64,000 bases of DNA from positions 9,218-73,217 of the forward strand of contig BTWA01000031.1 in NCBI GenBank assembly GCA_045863295.1, given 5' to 3'. This DNA comes from Candidatus Hydrogenedentota bacterium. GTDB taxonomy: Bacteria > Hydrogenedentota > Hydrogenedentia > Hydrogenedentales > SLHB01. Shown piece by piece: positions 61,153 through 64,000 of the stretch (position 1 is its first letter; every line of letters starts with the position of its first letter). Both the position numbers and the translations under genes were made by a program. Under the pieces are notes generated by a model. The model worked only from the letters and a program-made list of their open reading frames with translations. It made no database searches and was not told the origin of the DNA.

Positions 61153-62052
61153 ATGAACCGTAGAACTTTTATCCGCCGTGCAAACGGCGCCCTCCTCGCA
61201 GGCATTGGCCTCGCAAGTAAACACACGGAAGCCGCCACGCCGAGGAAGAACGAAGCCGATGCCGTGCGTAAGGAGCAGATTCCCTACAAAGTCACGCCCA
61301 GCCGCGCACTCAATCTCACCGTCTACTATCCACCGGATTGGAAAGTTGGCGACCACAGATCCGCCATCGTGTTCTACTTCGGCGGAGGATGGCAAAAAGG
61401 AAACGTCGAACAGTTCGCGGTCCAATCAACCCATTTCGCCCGAAGGGGACTCGTCGCCTGCTGCGCGGACTACCGCGTGAAATCGAAAGACAACGTTACC
61501 CCAGAGGTTTGTGTGGAAGACGCCAAGAGTGCCGTGCGTTGGCTGCGAATGAACTGCGAACGCTTCGGCGTCGCTCCCAGCCGCATCGCCGCGGGTGGCG
61601 GCTCCGCCGGGGGCCATCTCGCCGCATGCACGGCGCTCACGCCCGACATCGTAGGCCCTGGGGAAGACGCTGCAATCCCATCCACCACATGCGCACTTGT
61701 GCTGTTCAACCCCGTCTTGGATTTCACCGGCGTGCCCAGGCTCATGGAACGCATCGCAAATTACGAGGCACTGGCAAGAACCATCTCGCCCACACAGCAC
61801 CTCAACGAATCCAGCCCGCCGACCGTGCTTTTCTACGGCGCCGAAGATCCCTTGCTCGATCAAGGAAAGGCCTTCGCGGCAAAAGCCAAAGAGTTGGGGC
61901 TCCGCGCCGATCTCCACGTCACACCGGATCAAAACCACGGATTCTTCAACCGGCCCCCGTTCCAGGGAAGCACCCTGAAAATGGCCGACGAATTCCTCGT
62001 GTCCATAGGCCTTGTTTCCCCGGCCCTGAAATCCGGATCGAGCAGCCGGTAA
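61153..62052 (+). CDS. Alpha/beta hydrolase (esterase; Tat signal)
   Basis: NRRTFI, FGGGW, GGSAGGHL, HGFFN. Confidence 0.9.
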   Translation: MNRRTFIRRANGALLAGIGLASKHTEAATPRKNEADAVRKEQIPYKVTPSRALNLTVYYPPDWKVGDHRSAIVFYFGGGWQKGNVEQFAVQSTHFARRGLVACCADYRVKSKDNVTPEVCVEDAKSAVRWLRMNCERFGVAPSRIAAGGGSAGGHLAACTALTPDIVGPGEDAAIPSTTCALVLFNPVLDFTGVPRLMERIANYEALARTISPTQHLNESSPPTVLFYGAEDPLLDQGKAFAAKAKELGLRADLHVTPDQNHGFFNRPPFQGSTLKMADEFLVSIGLVSPALKSGSSSR

Positions 62053-62207
62053 CCCCAACCCCACTCGTGGCAAATGCCCCTTCTAAATCACGGGTCAACT
62101 CAATGTCCTTAGCACCCCTTGTGTCTTTTCCACCCCTTGTCATCCGTGCAACGTGCCGTTCGGTTCCCTTTGCTCCAAAAGAAGCAAAAGGCAAGTCCAA
62201 AAAACGG

Positions 62208-62960
62208 CTAGGGCAATTCCTTGACCATCAATTTCCGGAACTCGATTCGGTACCCTTCGCCCTCGACACCCATTAATCCCTTCGGATTGCCACACTCCGT
62301 GAACTCGCAAGTCACCGCCCCATTGATCCACAACGTCAACGTACTCCCGCGCGCGGTAATCTCCATCGTGTTCCATTCGCCCGCGGGTTTGACCCGCCCA
62401 TCCGTAACTTGATCCGACAGACTGAAGGACTTCTTCTTTCCCTCCGAATCCAATGTGCCCCCAAACAAATAACCGCCGTTGCCATCGCCAAACTGCGCCT
62501 GATGCCAAACCGATCCGTCCGCATTGTTCCGCACGTAAATGCCGCTGTTATACCCCGAAGCACCGTCGACCTTCGTATAACGGAACTCGAAATGATGGAT
62601 CGCATCCCCAAACTCGCGATCGCAAAGCAACATGTCGTGACCGCCGTCTCCGTCGCAGATCAACGTCGTGCCCGCCGAATCCACATGCCATTGCTGCTTG
62701 CCCAACGGATCACCCGGCGGCACCGGTACCCGAGACCATCCCTTCAAATCCGCCCCAGGCATCACGTCGATCCAGCCGCTCCCATCCAATTCCAGCGCAC
62801 TCTTCTCCAACTCGCCCGCCGTCCAACCCGGTTTCGTCATGCATACCAACCCCGCCAATAACCCTATGCGGAGCAACAACACGCCACCGCGTCCAGCGCC
62901 GTTCGTGTTTTGAATACAAGAACGTACAAGACGCTTCGCAATCCCCCCAAACTTTCGCAT
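62208..62960 (-). CDS. DUF1080 (3-keto-disaccharide hydrolase family) protein
   Basis: DLKGW, NSGIYVR, GEWNTMEI, IEFRKL. Start uncertain. Confidence 0.85.
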   Translation of the reverse strand: MRKFGGIAKRLVRSCIQNTNGAGRGGVLLLRIGLLAGLVCMTKPGWTAGELEKSALELDGSGWIDVMPGADLKGWSRVPVPPGDPLGKQQWHVDSAGTTLICDGDGGHDMLLCDREFGDAIHHFEFRYTKVDGASGYNSGIYVRNNADGSVWHQAQFGDGNGGYLFGGTLDSEGKKKSFSLSDQVTDGRVKPAGEWNTMEITARGSTLTLWINGAVTCEFTECGNPKGLMGVEGEGYRIEFRKLMVKELP

Positions 62961-63561
62961 GGCAAATCTCCCCTGAATCGAACGCGCAACGCGTATCCCC
63001 GATACACACCGTACGCACGCCCAAAAGATCGGCGACCACGGTACTGGCAAACCACATAGTTTTGTCCTCTCAGTGCATCACATTGCTGGCCCGGTCCGCA
63101 ACACGGCTCCATCGGCCCGCACCCGTGAGTTAAACGTCGTTGCGATTCAGTCAGCCCATCCTCATGAACCACACTCCCGTGCAGGATCCATGCCGTGTTC
63201 AGACACTGACATCCGCTGTACGAATTCTTTACACCAGAATATTTATTCAGTCCATTGCCTCAATCCAACGATAATACTAAGCCTCTATACAACAGTGACT
63301 TGAGGTGCTTGATCCAAGACTGGCTCGAATCTTGCTTCATAAGGCCCGCGTCGCGGGATCTCGTACCGAGTTTCAAGGGAGCACGATCGAATAGATCCCG
63401 CATCGATGAAAAGGTGCGTCTTTATCGAGTGCGCAAGGAAACCAATCGAAACCTGCAAGGGCAAGCAACGAGGTGACCAGTGACAACGAAAACCCAATCG
63501 CTCTACTCGCTCCCGCAATCGTCCTCCGGCGGCTCGAATCTCAAGAAAGAACGTGACTAGC

Positions 63562-64000
63562 ATGCACTCCCGCTCCCCAACCGTCATGCAAGGTTCGAAC
63601 GCGCGAAGCTCCATCTCCGCCACAGTACGCCGAAGGGGTCTCTCGACGGGTATGCGAATTGGAACTCTCTTGCTCTGCCTGCTCCCGGGATCCGTGCTGG
63701 CTCTCTCCCAAACAACCAGCTTTCAATCGGAACGGCTCTGGCCCACACTTCAACAGCCTTGGTATTTCTACACGCCGTATGGCATGGCATCCGATTCAAG
63801 CGGCATGCTCTACTTCATTGACTCGCTCAACTTTCGAGTCGTAAAAATGACGGAAAGTGGTGTCCGGATCTCTGCCTGGGGTTCATTTGGAACAGGCTTT
63901 GGACAATTCAGCAATCCGCGCGGTATCGCGATCAGCCCCGACGACAAGATATACGTCACCGACGACAGCCTGAATCCCAATATTCAGGTTTTCGATACCG
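63562..64000 (+). CDS. Exported NHL-repeat protein (partial, runs off window)
   Basis: Manual translation gives ERLWPTLQQPWYFYTPYGMASDSSGMLYFIDSLNFRV...WGSFGTGFGQFSNPRGIAISPDDKIYVTD...IQVFD. Start 63562, 63586 or 63652. Confidence 0.85.
   Translation, partial: MHSRSPTVMQGSNARSSISATVRRRGLSTGMRIGTLLLCLLPGSVLALSQTTSFQSERLWPTLQQPWYFYTPYGMASDSSGMLYFIDSLNFRVVKMTESGVRISAWGSFGTGFGQFSNPRGIAISPDDKIYVTDDSLNPNIQVFDT

Noticed and set aside
62112..62141. Short direct repeat CACCCCTTGT x2
   Set aside because: Only two copies, with no spacer array or cas genes; not a CRISPR.

Overview
GC-rich bacterial chromosome segment. The gene mix (Cys-type sulfatases, Tat-exported enzymes, ECF sigma factors with extensions, DUF1080, PQQ-like propellers) suggests a PVC- or Hydrogenedentes-like polysaccharide degrader; the taxon is inference only. 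Contents: a partial kexin-like S8 protease, housekeeping genes (gltA, nhaA, SDR, HhH-GPD glycosylase, DUF62), and a near-complete type II secretion (T2SS) operon downstream of an ECF sigma/anti-sigma pair and two glycosyltransferases. Two clusters encode exported carbohydrate-active enzymes (esterase-GH29 fusion, sulfatases, paralogous propeller/helical-barrel proteins). There is also a frameshifted GGDEF-EAL gene and a decaying AbiEii-like toxin-antitoxin pair. Best novelty candidates: (1) a T2SS whose secretin carries a C-terminal ExbD/TolR-like domain and whose GspM-like protein carries a CBM-like domain; (2) an unannotated ~157-nt rod-shaped, 6S-like RNA at 4052-4208; (3) a GT2 resembling eukaryotic B3GNTL1/QTGAL; (4) the doubly lesioned TA module. 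No tRNA, rRNA, CRISPR array or transposase was recognised. All family calls come from motif recognition by eye, not database searches.
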